From: Acidimicrobiia bacterium
GTDB lineage: Bacteria > Actinomycetota > Acidimicrobiia > Acidimicrobiales > JAHEJN01
DNA: 42,804 nucleotides
NCBI GenBank assembly: GCA_029861625.1
Contig: JAOTZB010000003.1
Span: 1-42,804 of the forward strand
Direction: 5' to 3'
The translations under genes and the position numbers were made by a program. A model generated the notes under the pieces. That model was given only the letters and a program-made list of their open reading frames with translations, was not told the origin of the DNA and did not search any database. Below, piece by piece: positions 27,161-36,318 of this stretch. The stretch's first letter is position 1, and every line of letters begins with the position of its first letter.

Positions 27161-27204
27161 GCATCGTCACGGCATCGTCACGGCATCGACACAGCACCGA
27201 AACT
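27161..27204. promoter_or_regulatory. Four 11-bp direct repeats, OmpR/PhoB-family-type operator
   Basis: GCATCGTCACG GCATCGTCACG GCATCGACACA GCACCGAAACT, i.e. GTCAC-n6-GTCAC-n6-GACAC-n6-GAAAC. Confidence 0.65.
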
Positions 27205-27335
27205 CTCTCGTCAACCACCATGGGTGGTTCTACCCGGGTCACGGATGAGCGCGTCGTGAGGGACGCGACCGGGCGACATCGCCGATTTCGTCGTCCCGGT
27301 AGCCTGCTCGGAGTCGAGGACGCCGGAGGACGTGG

Positions 27336-27626
27336 ATGGACAGCACGCTGCAGCAGGCATGGGAACAGCCCACGGCGCCCGGGGCGGCGTTCGCATGGTC
27401 GACGACCGATATCCGTGGCGTCCCGACCCGCACCTACAACGCTGCTCCCCCGACGATGCGAGCGATCTGGGAGGCGTCCGTCACCCATGGCGATGCCGAC
27501 TACATCAAGGAACGGCTGGCGAAGTTCAAGGTGCCGGCCGAGATCTGGTTCCTCGACGACGCACTGCCCAGGAATGCCAACGGCAAGTTCCTCAAACGCG
27601 AGCTCCGCAACCGACTGCTGGGCTGA
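27336..27626 (+). pseudogene. Internally deleted acyl-CoA synthetase (AMP-binding enzyme) remnant
   Basis: GGAGGA SD. An N-terminus typical of long-chain CoA ligases (TAPGAAF..IRGVPTRTY..APPTMR) is joined directly to the C-terminal ERLAKFKVP..LPRNANGKFLKRELR; the central adenylation core is absent. Confidence 0.8.
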
Positions 27627-27630
27627 CGCC

Positions 27631-28665
27631 GTGACCGAGACCACCGGCATCGATCGACCGAGGGTCGTCGCGTGGCTCCGTCGACACGTCGACCACCTGG
27701 TCGACCCGATCGAGTTCGAGCTGATCGCGGGCGGTCGTTCGAACCTCACCTTCGAGGTCCGCGATGCAGCCGGTCATCGGTGGGCGCTGCGCCGGCCTCC
27801 GACGGGACACGTGCTCCAGAGCGCGCACGACATGGGACGCGAGCACCGCATCATCGACGCGCTCCAGCACACATCGGTCCCGGTTCCCACGCTCGTCGGC
27901 CTGTGTGACGACGAGGCCGTGAACGGGGCGCCTTTCTACGTGATGGACTTCGTGCCAGGCGTCATCGTGCGAGACCTTCCCGCCACCGATGCGATCCCGC
28001 TCGACGCCCGCCGGGCGATGGGCGAGTCCCTCGTCGACACCCTGGTCGCCCTCCACGAGATCGAACCGGCCGAAGTCGGACTGGGCGATCTCGGCAAACG
28101 CGGGGACTATGTCGCTCGACAGCTCCGACGCTGGCTCCGCCAGATAGACGAGGGCAGCGATCGACCCCTGGCCGGGCTCCGTGCGCTGCACGCCCGGCTC
28201 GAGGGCGACATGCCGGACCAGCAGGGCGCCGGAATCGTCCACGGCGACTACCGGCTCGACAACTGCATGATGGACCCGAGCGGGCCGGTCGCCGCGGTCC
28301 TCGACTGGGAGCTGTGCACCCTCGGCGATGTCCTCGCCGACCTCGGTGGGCTCGTCATGTGGTGGGGCGACCCCGACGCGGGCCACGTGATGAGCGATGT
28401 GCCGACCGTCGCCACCGGCTTTCCCACCACCGATGAGGTGATCGATCGTTATGCGGCCCGATCCGGCCGTGATCTCTCCGCGCTCCCCTACTACGTCGCG
28501 TTCTCGACGTGGCGGCTCGCCTGCATCACCGAGGGCGTGCGCATCCGTTACGAGAAGGGGGCGATGGGAGACCAGGAATCGAACGAGTTGGTCGACTACC
28601 TCGGAGAGCGGATCGACCGGCTGGCCGACAGCGCGTCCATCTGGCTGGCCCGCATCGGGGCTTGA
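27631..28665 (+). CDS. Phosphotransferase family protein (APH/ACAD10-11 N-terminal-like)
   Basis: GGRSNLT, LRRPP, AHDMGRE, VHGDYRLDN, LDWEL; GTG 27631. Confidence 0.93.
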   Translation: MTETTGIDRPRVVAWLRRHVDHLVDPIEFELIAGGRSNLTFEVRDAAGHRWALRRPPTGHVLQSAHDMGREHRIIDALQHTSVPVPTLVGLCDDEAVNGAPFYVMDFVPGVIVRDLPATDAIPLDARRAMGESLVDTLVALHEIEPAEVGLGDLGKRGDYVARQLRRWLRQIDEGSDRPLAGLRALHARLEGDMPDQQGAGIVHGDYRLDNCMMDPSGPVAAVLDWELCTLGDVLADLGGLVMWWGDPDAGHVMSDVPTVATGFPTTDEVIDRYAARSGRDLSALPYYVAFSTWRLACITEGVRIRYEKGAMGDQESNELVDYLGERIDRLADSASIWLARIGA

Positions 28666-28774
28666 CACGTGGTTCTGCCCCCACCATGAACCTCGCGAGG
28701 ACCGGGGAACCCGTCCTTTGTGGTCGGGCCGAACGTCGGATATTCTGCCGGCGCGGGCAAAGGACGGATGTCGA

Positions 28775-28945
28775 ATGGCGGTGCAGATCATCATGGGGTG
28801 CGGCACACCCGGGTGCGACGAGCGCGTCGCGCTGCGCAACCGATGGCTGACAGGACGACTCGAGGGTCGCTGCGGCCGCTGCGAGACGACCTGGCACCTC
28901 ACCGGAGGCCGGTTGCTGACCGCCGACGACGCCGGCAGCCGATGA
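28775..28945 (+). CDS. Putative 56-aa four-cysteine (zinc-ribbon-like) microprotein
   Basis: MAVQIIMGCGTPGCDERVALRNRWLTGRLEGRCGRCETTWHLTGGRLLTADDAGSR, with an AAGGA SD-like sequence and TATTCT at 28741-28746 upstream. Confidence 0.6.
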   Translation: MAVQIIMGCGTPGCDERVALRNRWLTGRLEGRCGRCETTWHLTGGRLLTADDAGSR

Positions 28946-28963
28946 CCGCGCTGCCTGCCGGGC

Positions 28964-29458
28964 TCAGCCGATCTCGTTGCCGTACATCTCCTCGAGCGGG
29001 TCGCTGATCAGCTCGAGGCGCTCGCCGTCGGGCCCGTTGAAGTACACCGACGAACCCGAGATCGTCGCGCTCGCGACCCCGGCGGCGTCGAGCTTGGACC
29101 TGAGGTGCTCCCACCGTTGGGGTTCGACGGAGATCGCGACGTGGTGGAGTCCGCCGAGCACCTCGGCGTAGGGCCCGAGATCGAGACCGGGGAAGTCGAA
29201 GAACGCCAGAGCGTTGCCGTGGCCGATGTCGAAGAAGAAATGGGTCGAGCCCTGGTAGTCCCGGTTCTCGAAGACCTCGGTCAGCGGAAACTCGAGCAGG
29301 TCCTGGTAGAAGCGGATCGTGGCCTCGACGTCGCTCGAGAGCAGCGCGACGTGGTGCACGCCTCGTGCGCTCGACGCCGGGCGATCGGCGCGAGGCCGGA
29401 GGTGTTCGGCGCGCAGTCTGTCCCATTCCGCGGTTCGGTCGACGGTGGTCTCGGTCAT
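28964..29458 (-). CDS. VOC/glyoxalase family protein
   Basis: GVHHVAL, FYQDLL, GLHHVAI, SVYFNGPDGERLEL; AAAGGA SD. Confidence 0.93.
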   Translation of the reverse strand: MTETTVDRTAEWDRLRAEHLRPRADRPASSARGVHHVALLSSDVEATIRFYQDLLEFPLTEVFENRDYQGSTHFFFDIGHGNALAFFDFPGLDLGPYAEVLGGLHHVAISVEPQRWEHLRSKLDAAGVASATISGSSVYFNGPDGERLELISDPLEEMYGNEIG

Positions 29459-29508
29459 GACGAGTCCTTTCGGGGAACACCGGGTGTGGCGGTGCCAACC
29501 CTATGACA

Positions 29509-30513
29509 TCAAAAGCGCGTGACCACGGCCTGGCGGGATCGGAAGGTCGATCGACCGATGTCGCGAACGAGACGCCTCGTGAATCGCCAGCCGCCGCGGG
29601 CCGAACGCACCGGATGGCGCACGACCCGGAAGGGGTTGCCGATCCCACGCAACGGATGAGCGAGCTGTGCGACGATCCCGTCGGGAATCGGCTCGTCGAC
29701 GCCGTAGCGCTGCGGACGTCGATCACTCGGCATGTGATAGCTCCCGAACAACAGATCCCAGAGGGGCAGGAACACCGAGTAGTTGGTGTTGATTGCCGAG
29801 GTCTCGTTGGCGTGGTGCCAGTGGTGGAACTCGGGAGTGATCACCACTCGGTGCAGTGGCCGCAGGCGCCACCTGACGTTCGCGTGGAGGAAGATCCCCG
29901 TCACGATCTGGATGACCGCGAGCAGCCCGGAGAACTCGGCCGTGAATCCGGCCGCGAGCAGGAAGACGAACGGTGGGGCCACGATCGCACCGTCGAAGGG
30001 ATGGCTGCGGAATCCGCTCACCCAGTCGAGGTGCTCGGTCGAGTGGTGGATCGAGTGGAAGCGCCACAGCACCGGCACCTCGTGGCTCCAGCGGTGCACC
30101 CAGTAGATGGCCAGGTCGAACAGCGCGATGCCGACGAAGGGCTTGATGCCGCCCGGGATCATCGCCACGAGAGGTCGGATCGCCAGGCCCGGGACCCACG
30201 CCAGACTGGCGATGCCCACCATCACCGCCACGGCAATGCCGGCGACCGCGAGCGCCGGCTGGCCGATCGCATATGCCATGTCGGTGCCGACGTCGGGACG
30301 TCGCACCCGCTGACCCGGATGTCTCGGGAACAGCTTCTCGAAGGGCACGACCAGGACGAACAACACGGCCACGATGGCGAGCGGAGATCGATCGAACACG
30401 AGGACGCCGATGAGTGCGGCCGCAACGAGCAGTCTCCCGAGTCGCCGTCGCCATCGACGGGTTGCGCGGGGCTCGGTCGAGCGCTTGTCTGTCATCGCCG
30501 GTGTCGTCGTCAT
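29509..30513 (-). CDS. Sterol desaturase/fatty acid hydroxylase family protein
   Basis: His boxes YWVHRWSH, FHSIHHS, HAN, FHHWHH; NY..WDLLFGS. Confidence 0.93.
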   Translation of the reverse strand: MTTTPAMTDKRSTEPRATRRWRRRLGRLLVAAALIGVLVFDRSPLAIVAVLFVLVVPFEKLFPRHPGQRVRRPDVGTDMAYAIGQPALAVAGIAVAVMVGIASLAWVPGLAIRPLVAMIPGGIKPFVGIALFDLAIYWVHRWSHEVPVLWRFHSIHHSTEHLDWVSGFRSHPFDGAIVAPPFVFLLAAGFTAEFSGLLAVIQIVTGIFLHANVRWRLRPLHRVVITPEFHHWHHANETSAINTNYSVFLPLWDLLFGSYHMPSDRRPQRYGVDEPIPDGIVAQLAHPLRGIGNPFRVVRHPVRSARGGWRFTRRLVRDIGRSTFRSRQAVVTRF

Positions 30514-30607
30514 ACCGAGCCTGTCGGAGCGACCGCCGCGAACGGTTCACGACCGTCGATGCCTCCGTACATCGGCGTACGGTGGACACGAGCCAACAGG
30601 AGGCGTC

Positions 30608-31030
30608 ATGGACCTTTCAGCTGCACTCGACTTCGCCGCCCGGTACCGCACCGGCGTGCTCATCACGATCCGCAGCGATGGTCGGCCGCAATCGTCCGAC
30701 GTCGCCTACGCGGTCATGGACGGCATCATCAAGATCTCGGTGACCGACGGTCGGGCCAAGACGACGAACATGCGTCGCGACCCGCGGGCGGTCCTGCACG
30801 TGACCCAGCCCGACAGCTGGAGCTACGTGTCAATCGACTGCGACGTCGAGCTGAGCGAGGTGAGCACCGAGCCCGGTGACGCCACCGGGCAGGAACTGGC
30901 AGCCCAGTTCGAGGCGGTCACGGGCTCGCCGCACGAGAACTGGGACGAGTTCTTCGTGGCGATGGTCACCGATGAACGCCTCGTGGTCAGGCTCACGCCG
31001 CGGTCGGTCGTCGGTCAGGTGAACAACTGA
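30608..31030 (+). CDS. PPOX-class F420-dependent oxidoreductase
   Basis: VLITIRSDGRPQ, RAKTTNMRRDPR; AGGAGG SD. Confidence 0.92.
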   Translation: MDLSAALDFAARYRTGVLITIRSDGRPQSSDVAYAVMDGIIKISVTDGRAKTTNMRRDPRAVLHVTQPDSWSYVSIDCDVELSEVSTEPGDATGQELAAQFEAVTGSPHENWDEFFVAMVTDERLVVRLTPRSVVGQVNN

Positions 31031-31031
31031 G

Positions 31032-31328
31032 TCAGCCGAAGCCGTTCACCAGGACGGCGGAGTGTTTCGACGTGGCCCGGAGTCGCTTGGGGAGAACCGC
31101 TTGGTAGGCGTCGGAGTGGTAGATCTCCTTGGCCTTCCCGATCGAGTCGAACTCGAGCACCACCGTCTGATGCCCGACATCGTCGCCCTCGAGGACATCG
31201 GAGGCCGGGTCGACCACGAGGACCTTGCACTCGGTGCCGACCTTCAGGGCCGGGCCGGCATCGGCCTGGTATTCGCCGTAGAGATCGGCGTCGTCGACGT
31301 CGTAGTTCACGATGATGTATGCAGCCAT
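31032..31328 (-). CDS. DUF1330 family protein
   Basis: MAAYII..Y..VLEG..VVLEFDS..YHSDAYQ..R pattern. Confidence 0.88.
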   Translation of the reverse strand: MAAYIIVNYDVDDADLYGEYQADAGPALKVGTECKVLVVDPASDVLEGDDVGHQTVVLEFDSIGKAKEIYHSDAYQAVLPKRLRATSKHSAVLVNGFG

Positions 31329-31384
31329 GGCGCCTGACTAGCATGCCAGGCCGAGCCGTACACGTTGACGCCGGGGTGACCCTC

Positions 31385-31714
31385 TCAGTCGTCGTCGGAC
31401 GCGAGGAGATCGCCGGCTGCGGCCAGGGCAATCGACAGCCCGACCGCCTTCTCGTACACCGCGGCGAAGTACGCGTCGGCGGCGGTGTCGTGCCCTGACA
31501 GCGGTGGGGTACCGAGCGAGCGAACCACGGCCGCCGGGTCGATCGAGGGCACGATGACCGGCGGTTCGGCCACTTCGCCCGAGTGGCCGCCCCAGTACGT
31601 GCGAGCGGTGATCTTCTGCTTGCCGCCGCTCTTTCCCTTCCGTCGTTGCCCGTTGCCCTGCTGGGCGTTGTCGGTCTTCGCGCCACTCGACTGGCGGCGC
31701 CGCGAGCGGCTCAT
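31385..31714 (-). CDS. Hypothetical protein coupled to the SNF2 helicase gene
   Basis: ATG overlaps the SNF2 stop and has a GAGGAGG SD. Basic N-terminus, then YWG..DPAAVVRSLGTPPL..YFAAVYEKA. Confidence 0.8.
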   Translation of the reverse strand: MSRSRRRQSSGAKTDNAQQGNGQRRKGKSGGKQKITARTYWGGHSGEVAEPPVIVPSIDPAAVVRSLGTPPLSGHDTAADAYFAAVYEKAVGLSIALAAAGDLLASDDD

Positions 31715-34700
31715 GACGCCTCCTCGAGGATCGCGGCGTCACCGTTGTCGTCGACCAGCAACGTGTCGGCTTCGAGCCCGAGCGCGGTGCGGAGCTGATC
31801 GTTGTCGAGGTCGCTCAGCGAGCTCGATTTCGGCAGGACCATGTCGGCGATGCGACGTTTGCCGGCAACGACCTCCTCGACCCGTTCGTCGACCGTGCCC
31901 GGACACACGAGACGATGGGCGATGACGGTCTTGGTCTGCCCGATGCGCCAGACGCGGTCGCGTGCTTGATCCTCGACCGCGGGATTCCACCATCGGTCGT
32001 ACAGCACGACGTGGCTGGCCGCGGTGAGGTTGAGGCCCGTGCCCCCGGCCTTGAGCGACAGCACCATCGCCCCCGGTCCGGTGCCGCTCTGGAACTCGTC
32101 GACGAGGCGATCGCGGGCACCGCGCGCGAGCCCACCGTGGTAACACGACGTCTCGATCCCGGTTCGCTCGGTGATATGGGCCGAGAGCTTCTCGCCCCAC
32201 TTCGCGAAGTGGGTGAACACGAGCACGCGCTCGTCGGCGGCGAACACCGCTTCGATGATCTCGTCGAGACGGGTCAGCTTCCCGGATCGACCGGCGAGCG
32301 GTTTGCCGTCGTCCTGGTAGGCCACCGGATGGTTGCAGATCTGCTTGAGCGCGGTGATCGCGGCCAGAATATGGCCCTTGCGCTCGACGCCTGGTTCGTT
32401 CTCGTCGATCACGAGGGAGTCGAGCACCGCCTGGTACAGCCCGATCTGTTCGGAGGTCATCGTGCAGTGGTCGAGCTCGTCGATCCGGTCCGGCAGCTCG
32501 GCGGCGATCACCGGTTCGGCCTTGGTCCGGCGGAACACGAGGATGCCGTTCAGCGCCTTCAGCGCCGATTCGGCGCCGGCCTTCTTGTCGCCGGTCACCG
32601 ACAACGCCGAGATGAACGGCGCCCTGGCGCCGACGAGGCCCGGATTCGCGAAGTCCATGATGGCCCACAGATCGCCGAGCCCGTTCTCGATGGGCGTCCC
32701 GGTGAGCGCCAGCCTGGTGCGAGCCGGAATTCGCCGGAGCTGTCGGGCCGTGTCGCTCGTGGGGTTCTTGATGATCTGGGCCTCGTCGAGCACTACGCAG
32801 TTCCAGTCGACCGTCTCGATGGTGTCGATGTCGCGGACTGCCGTGCCGTAGGTCGTCAACACCACGTCGGCGCCGGCCGCGAGCTTCTCGAACTCCCGGG
32901 CCGACGCCCGGTTCTGGCCGTGATGGGTCACGACGCGGAGATCGGGCGTGAACTTCTCGGCCTCGGCGGCCCAGTTGCCGACGACGGCCGGAGGGAGCAC
33001 GGCCAACGAGGGCCCCTCGTCTCTCGTGGAGTGGAGATGCGCCAACATGGTCGGGGTCTTGCCGAGACCCATGTCGAGCGCGAGACAGCCGCCGAGGCTG
33101 GCCGAGTCGAGGAACTGCAGCCAGCCGAGCGCCTCGGCCTGGTAGTGACGGAGCTCGCCCTCGAACCCGTCGGGCGATGTCGGTGGATCGGCGGGGATGT
33201 TCTGTGCGCTCTCCAGGAGATCGGCGGCCCAGCCGCCACCCGCGAGCGACAGCCCACCGCTGAGCGGTGAACCCTCGAGCCCCAGCGCATGGCGCAACAT
33301 CTCGGCGCCGGTGAGCTGTTTCTGGTCGGCGCGTTCGGCGAGCGCGGCCGCGGCCTCGGCGAGGTCGGCATGATCGAGCTCGACCCACTTGCCCCGGGAC
33401 TTGACCAACGGTTTCGCCTGGGCGGCGAGGCGCTGGATCTCGCCGACATCGAGCTCGACGTCGTCGAACACCGCCGACCAGCGGACATCCGCCAGCTGCT
33501 GGGCACCGACGACGGATTCCTGCGCATCGTCGGTGGTGAGACGCAGCGCGGCGGTCGGCTTGCGCCGTGAAAGGGCTGGAACGCGCACGTCGAAGCCGGC
33601 GGCAGCGAGCGTGGGTCCGGTGACCGTCATCAGCTCCCATGCCTCGTCCTGGCTCAGGACGACCTCACCGACGCGATGGCTTCCGGGCCGGAGGAGCACA
33701 GGGAGGAGCTGTTCGAGTCGCTTGAGGCTGTCGCGGACCTCCTTGCGACGATTCGTCGACGCGGTCACCCTGGCGACCTCGACCGGTTCGAGGTTGCCGT
33801 CCTGGCCCGGGGCCAGCACCGAGAGGTGCCAGGCGTTGCCGGAGTCGGGCGGCTGGAGCTGGACGACGAGACGGGACTTGCTCGGCGATGTGACCGGCTT
33901 GGCCCACTGGTCGAGCCGGCGCACGACCTCGCCCCCGGCCTTGGTCGGCGCCTCGAAGTGGGAGCCGTCGAGGCGTGTGAGGAACGACTCGGCGACGTCG
34001 GCGGTCGTCCGGGGCTCGGGAGGCGGCGCCGGCACGGTTACCTGGCGGGCCGCCGTCTTGCAGATCGCATCGACGAGATCAGCGAGCGCGCCCTGGGCAA
34101 CGGTGCGGCGATCGGCCTGCCGGTCGAACGCCGTGGCCGCGCCGGGTAGGGCGGTCGCCAGCCGTTCGAGCTCGCGCGGGTCCGAGAGCGCCGGTGTCCA
34201 CCGCACCATGTAGGCGTTGCGGCCACTCTGGCGCTTTCCGCGCGGCACCTTCGCGGGCGCCAGCTGGGGAACCATCGAACCTCGCGCGGTGTGATCGACC
34301 GCCAGGACCGCAACCTGACCGAGCCACCCCAGGCTGGCCGTGATGTTCTCCGTCTCGGCCTTGGCGCCGACGGCGACCAGCCAACCGAGGACATCGTTGG
34401 TGGTGGCGATGAGGGAATCGGCCCGACCGCCCCCCGGGAGCGGAACAGGATCGTGGGGCTCCCAGCCCGCGGCCGGCGCGCCGGCGGCGACGAGGCTCTC
34501 GCGGATCTCGTCGACCGTGCCGGGTGAGGTCCGCGGGCCACCGACCCATGCCACGACGTGACCGGGGATCCACGACAGCTGGAGCCCGCTGGTTGCCAGC
34601 TCGTCCTCGTTCTTGTCGTCGGCCTCGGGTTCGGCCTCCTCGCCGAAGACGCGGCGACGGACCCGCTTCACCGCGCTGTTGATCTCGGTCCGTTCGCTCT

Positions 34701-34938
34701 CGAAGTCGGCAACGATCTGGGCCCGGTCGGGTCCCTTCATCTCGCGGACTGCGTCGAGGTCGTCCTCGAGGTCGGCGAGAAGGTCCCAGAGCGCGTCGAG
34801 CCACGCCCGTTCGTTGGCCTCGAGCAGCGCCAGATCGTCGTCGGTCGCGGTGCCGTCGATCTCGGCCTGGACGACGGCCGCGAAGTCGGCCGACAGCACG
34901 GTCGGCTGCAACACGTCTCCGGACCGGGCCGAGGTCAC
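31711..34938 (-). CDS. SNF2/SWI2-family helicase-like ATPase
   Basis: LRHYQ, DMGLGKT, LDEAQ, LTGTPIEN, RSGK, GTGLNLT, WWNPAVEDQARDRVWRIGQ. Start uncertain; GTG 34938 chosen. Confidence 0.95.
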   Translation of the reverse strand: MTSARSGDVLQPTVLSADFAAVVQAEIDGTATDDDLALLEANERAWLDALWDLLADLEDDLDAVREMKGPDRAQIVADFESERTEINSAVKRVRRRVFGEEAEPEADDKNEDELATSGLQLSWIPGHVVAWVGGPRTSPGTVDEIRESLVAAGAPAAGWEPHDPVPLPGGGRADSLIATTNDVLGWLVAVGAKAETENITASLGWLGQVAVLAVDHTARGSMVPQLAPAKVPRGKRQSGRNAYMVRWTPALSDPRELERLATALPGAATAFDRQADRRTVAQGALADLVDAICKTAARQVTVPAPPPEPRTTADVAESFLTRLDGSHFEAPTKAGGEVVRRLDQWAKPVTSPSKSRLVVQLQPPDSGNAWHLSVLAPGQDGNLEPVEVARVTASTNRRKEVRDSLKRLEQLLPVLLRPGSHRVGEVVLSQDEAWELMTVTGPTLAAAGFDVRVPALSRRKPTAALRLTTDDAQESVVGAQQLADVRWSAVFDDVELDVGEIQRLAAQAKPLVKSRGKWVELDHADLAEAAAALAERADQKQLTGAEMLRHALGLEGSPLSGGLSLAGGGWAADLLESAQNIPADPPTSPDGFEGELRHYQAEALGWLQFLDSASLGGCLALDMGLGKTPTMLAHLHSTRDEGPSLAVLPPAVVGNWAAEAEKFTPDLRVVTHHGQNRASAREFEKLAAGADVVLTTYGTAVRDIDTIETVDWNCVVLDEAQIIKNPTSDTARQLRRIPARTRLALTGTPIENGLGDLWAIMDFANPGLVGARAPFISALSVTGDKKAGAESALKALNGILVFRRTKAEPVIAAELPDRIDELDHCTMTSEQIGLYQAVLDSLVIDENEPGVERKGHILAAITALKQICNHPVAYQDDGKPLAGRSGKLTRLDEIIEAVFAADERVLVFTHFAKWGEKLSAHITERTGIETSCYHGGLARGARDRLVDEFQSGTGPGAMVLSLKAGGTGLNLTAASHVVLYDRWWNPAVEDQARDRVWRIGQTKTVIAHRLVCPGTVDERVEEVVAGKRRIADMVLPKSSSLSDLDNDQLRTALGLEADTLLVDDNGDAAILEEAS

Positions 34939-35344
34939 TGGCCCGCCCGGCGTCGGTTGGGAACCGGCGCAAGATGTTGACAGCAGGTGGTGATGATCGT
35001 GGTCTCCGAGTCTGGCGACATGTGGTCGGCGTTGCTGCGATCTCGATGGGGGTGCTGCGGACTCCGGCTGCACCGGATGAGCAGATCGGCGGACGGTGAC
35101 AACCCCGAGTCCGCACCGCAGGCACGAAGCCGGCTCTGCTCAGGTGCTCGCGAGCCGGTTCGGCGTCGGACCGAGGCAGTCGCCCTGGCCGAGGCCTACC
35201 AACCCGCTGCGCTGCGCCGCGGCCGGACTGCCAGACCGGCGTGGTCCACGAAGGGATACCGCATCGCTTCGGAACATGGTAGCGGCAACTGCCCGCCAAC
35301 TCACCTCATCTCGTCATCTCGTCGTTCCCGAGCGCGACACGTGG

Positions 35345-36184
35345 TCATTCCAGACCGCGACGAACCCTCGGAAGATCGTCGAAGACGGGAGCCTCGCCGC
35401 TGGTCGTCGCCTCGAACGTGGCCATCATGTCGGCAGGCTGGAACATGCCCGACTGCCAGGTGGCGATGTGGTTCAACGAGTCGGCGACCGAGTGATCGCG
35501 AGCGAAGTTGACGCTCTCCTTGGTTCCCCACACCGCCAGAGGCGACTTGGCCGCGATCTCGGCGGCGACGCCCATCACACCATCGAGCATGTCGTCGTGG
35601 TCGTCGAAGACGTCGTTGACCAGCCCGACCTCGCGTGCGCGCGCCGCCGGCATCCGAGCGCCCGTGTACGCCAGCTCACGGGCGATGCCCTCGGGGATCA
35701 GCTTGGGAAGTCGCTGCAGGGTGCCGACATCGGCCGTCATGCCGATGTTGATCTCCTGGATGCAGAACCACGCGTCGGCGGTCGCGTACCGCATATCGCA
35801 CGCCGTCACCATGTCGACTGCCCCTCCGACGCAGCCACCCTGGATCGCCGCCAGCACCGGCATCCGGGCTCGCTCGAGACAGGTGAACGTCTCCTGGAGA
35901 TGCAGCGCCTGCATCCGCATGTTGGCGTTCTTGCGGCCGGGTTCGACTGCGTCGCCGGGTAATCCCCCCGCGCCGAAGACCGCCAGGTCCATGCCCGCGC
36001 AGAAATGCCTGCCGGTCGATGACAACACGATCGCCCGCGCCGCGCCGTCGTCGCTGATGCCGTTCACGATCTCGGGCAGCTCACGCCAGAACGCCGGGAT
36101 CATGGTGTTCAGCGCATCACCGCGCTTCAACACGATGTGGGCAATCCTGCTCTCGATGGAGACGTCGAAACAGTCGTAGGTCAT
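35345..36184 (-). CDS. Enoyl-CoA hydratase/isomerase (crotonase)
   Basis: HFCAGMDL, GGCVGGA, ACDMR, EINIGMTADVGTLQRLP; ATG 36184. Confidence 0.95.
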   Translation of the reverse strand: MTYDCFDVSIESRIAHIVLKRGDALNTMIPAFWRELPEIVNGISDDGAARAIVLSSTGRHFCAGMDLAVFGAGGLPGDAVEPGRKNANMRMQALHLQETFTCLERARMPVLAAIQGGCVGGAVDMVTACDMRYATADAWFCIQEINIGMTADVGTLQRLPKLIPEGIARELAYTGARMPAARAREVGLVNDVFDDHDDMLDGVMGVAAEIAAKSPLAVWGTKESVNFARDHSVADSLNHIATWQSGMFQPADMMATFEATTSGEAPVFDDLPRVRRGLE

Positions 36185-36318
36185 CGGACCAATCTGCCAG
36201 CACCACTCGTGCATTGTCACGACGACGGCCGGGCCCGAGCGGCCCGTCGCAGCAGGCGACAAGAGCGGGCACTGAAAACGACCGTCGACCCAACCGCCGA
36301 AGTCATTAGCGTGAGATC

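Noticed and set aside
27161-27204. Direct repeats as CRISPR, iteron or mobile-element ends
   Set aside because: Only four degenerate 11-bp units with no spacers, and no rep, integrase or transposase nearby.
26043-27749. 568-aa minus-strand ORF as a single gene
   Set aside because: Arg/Gly-rich off-frame sequence; only the last 77 codons from ATG 26276 look protein-like.
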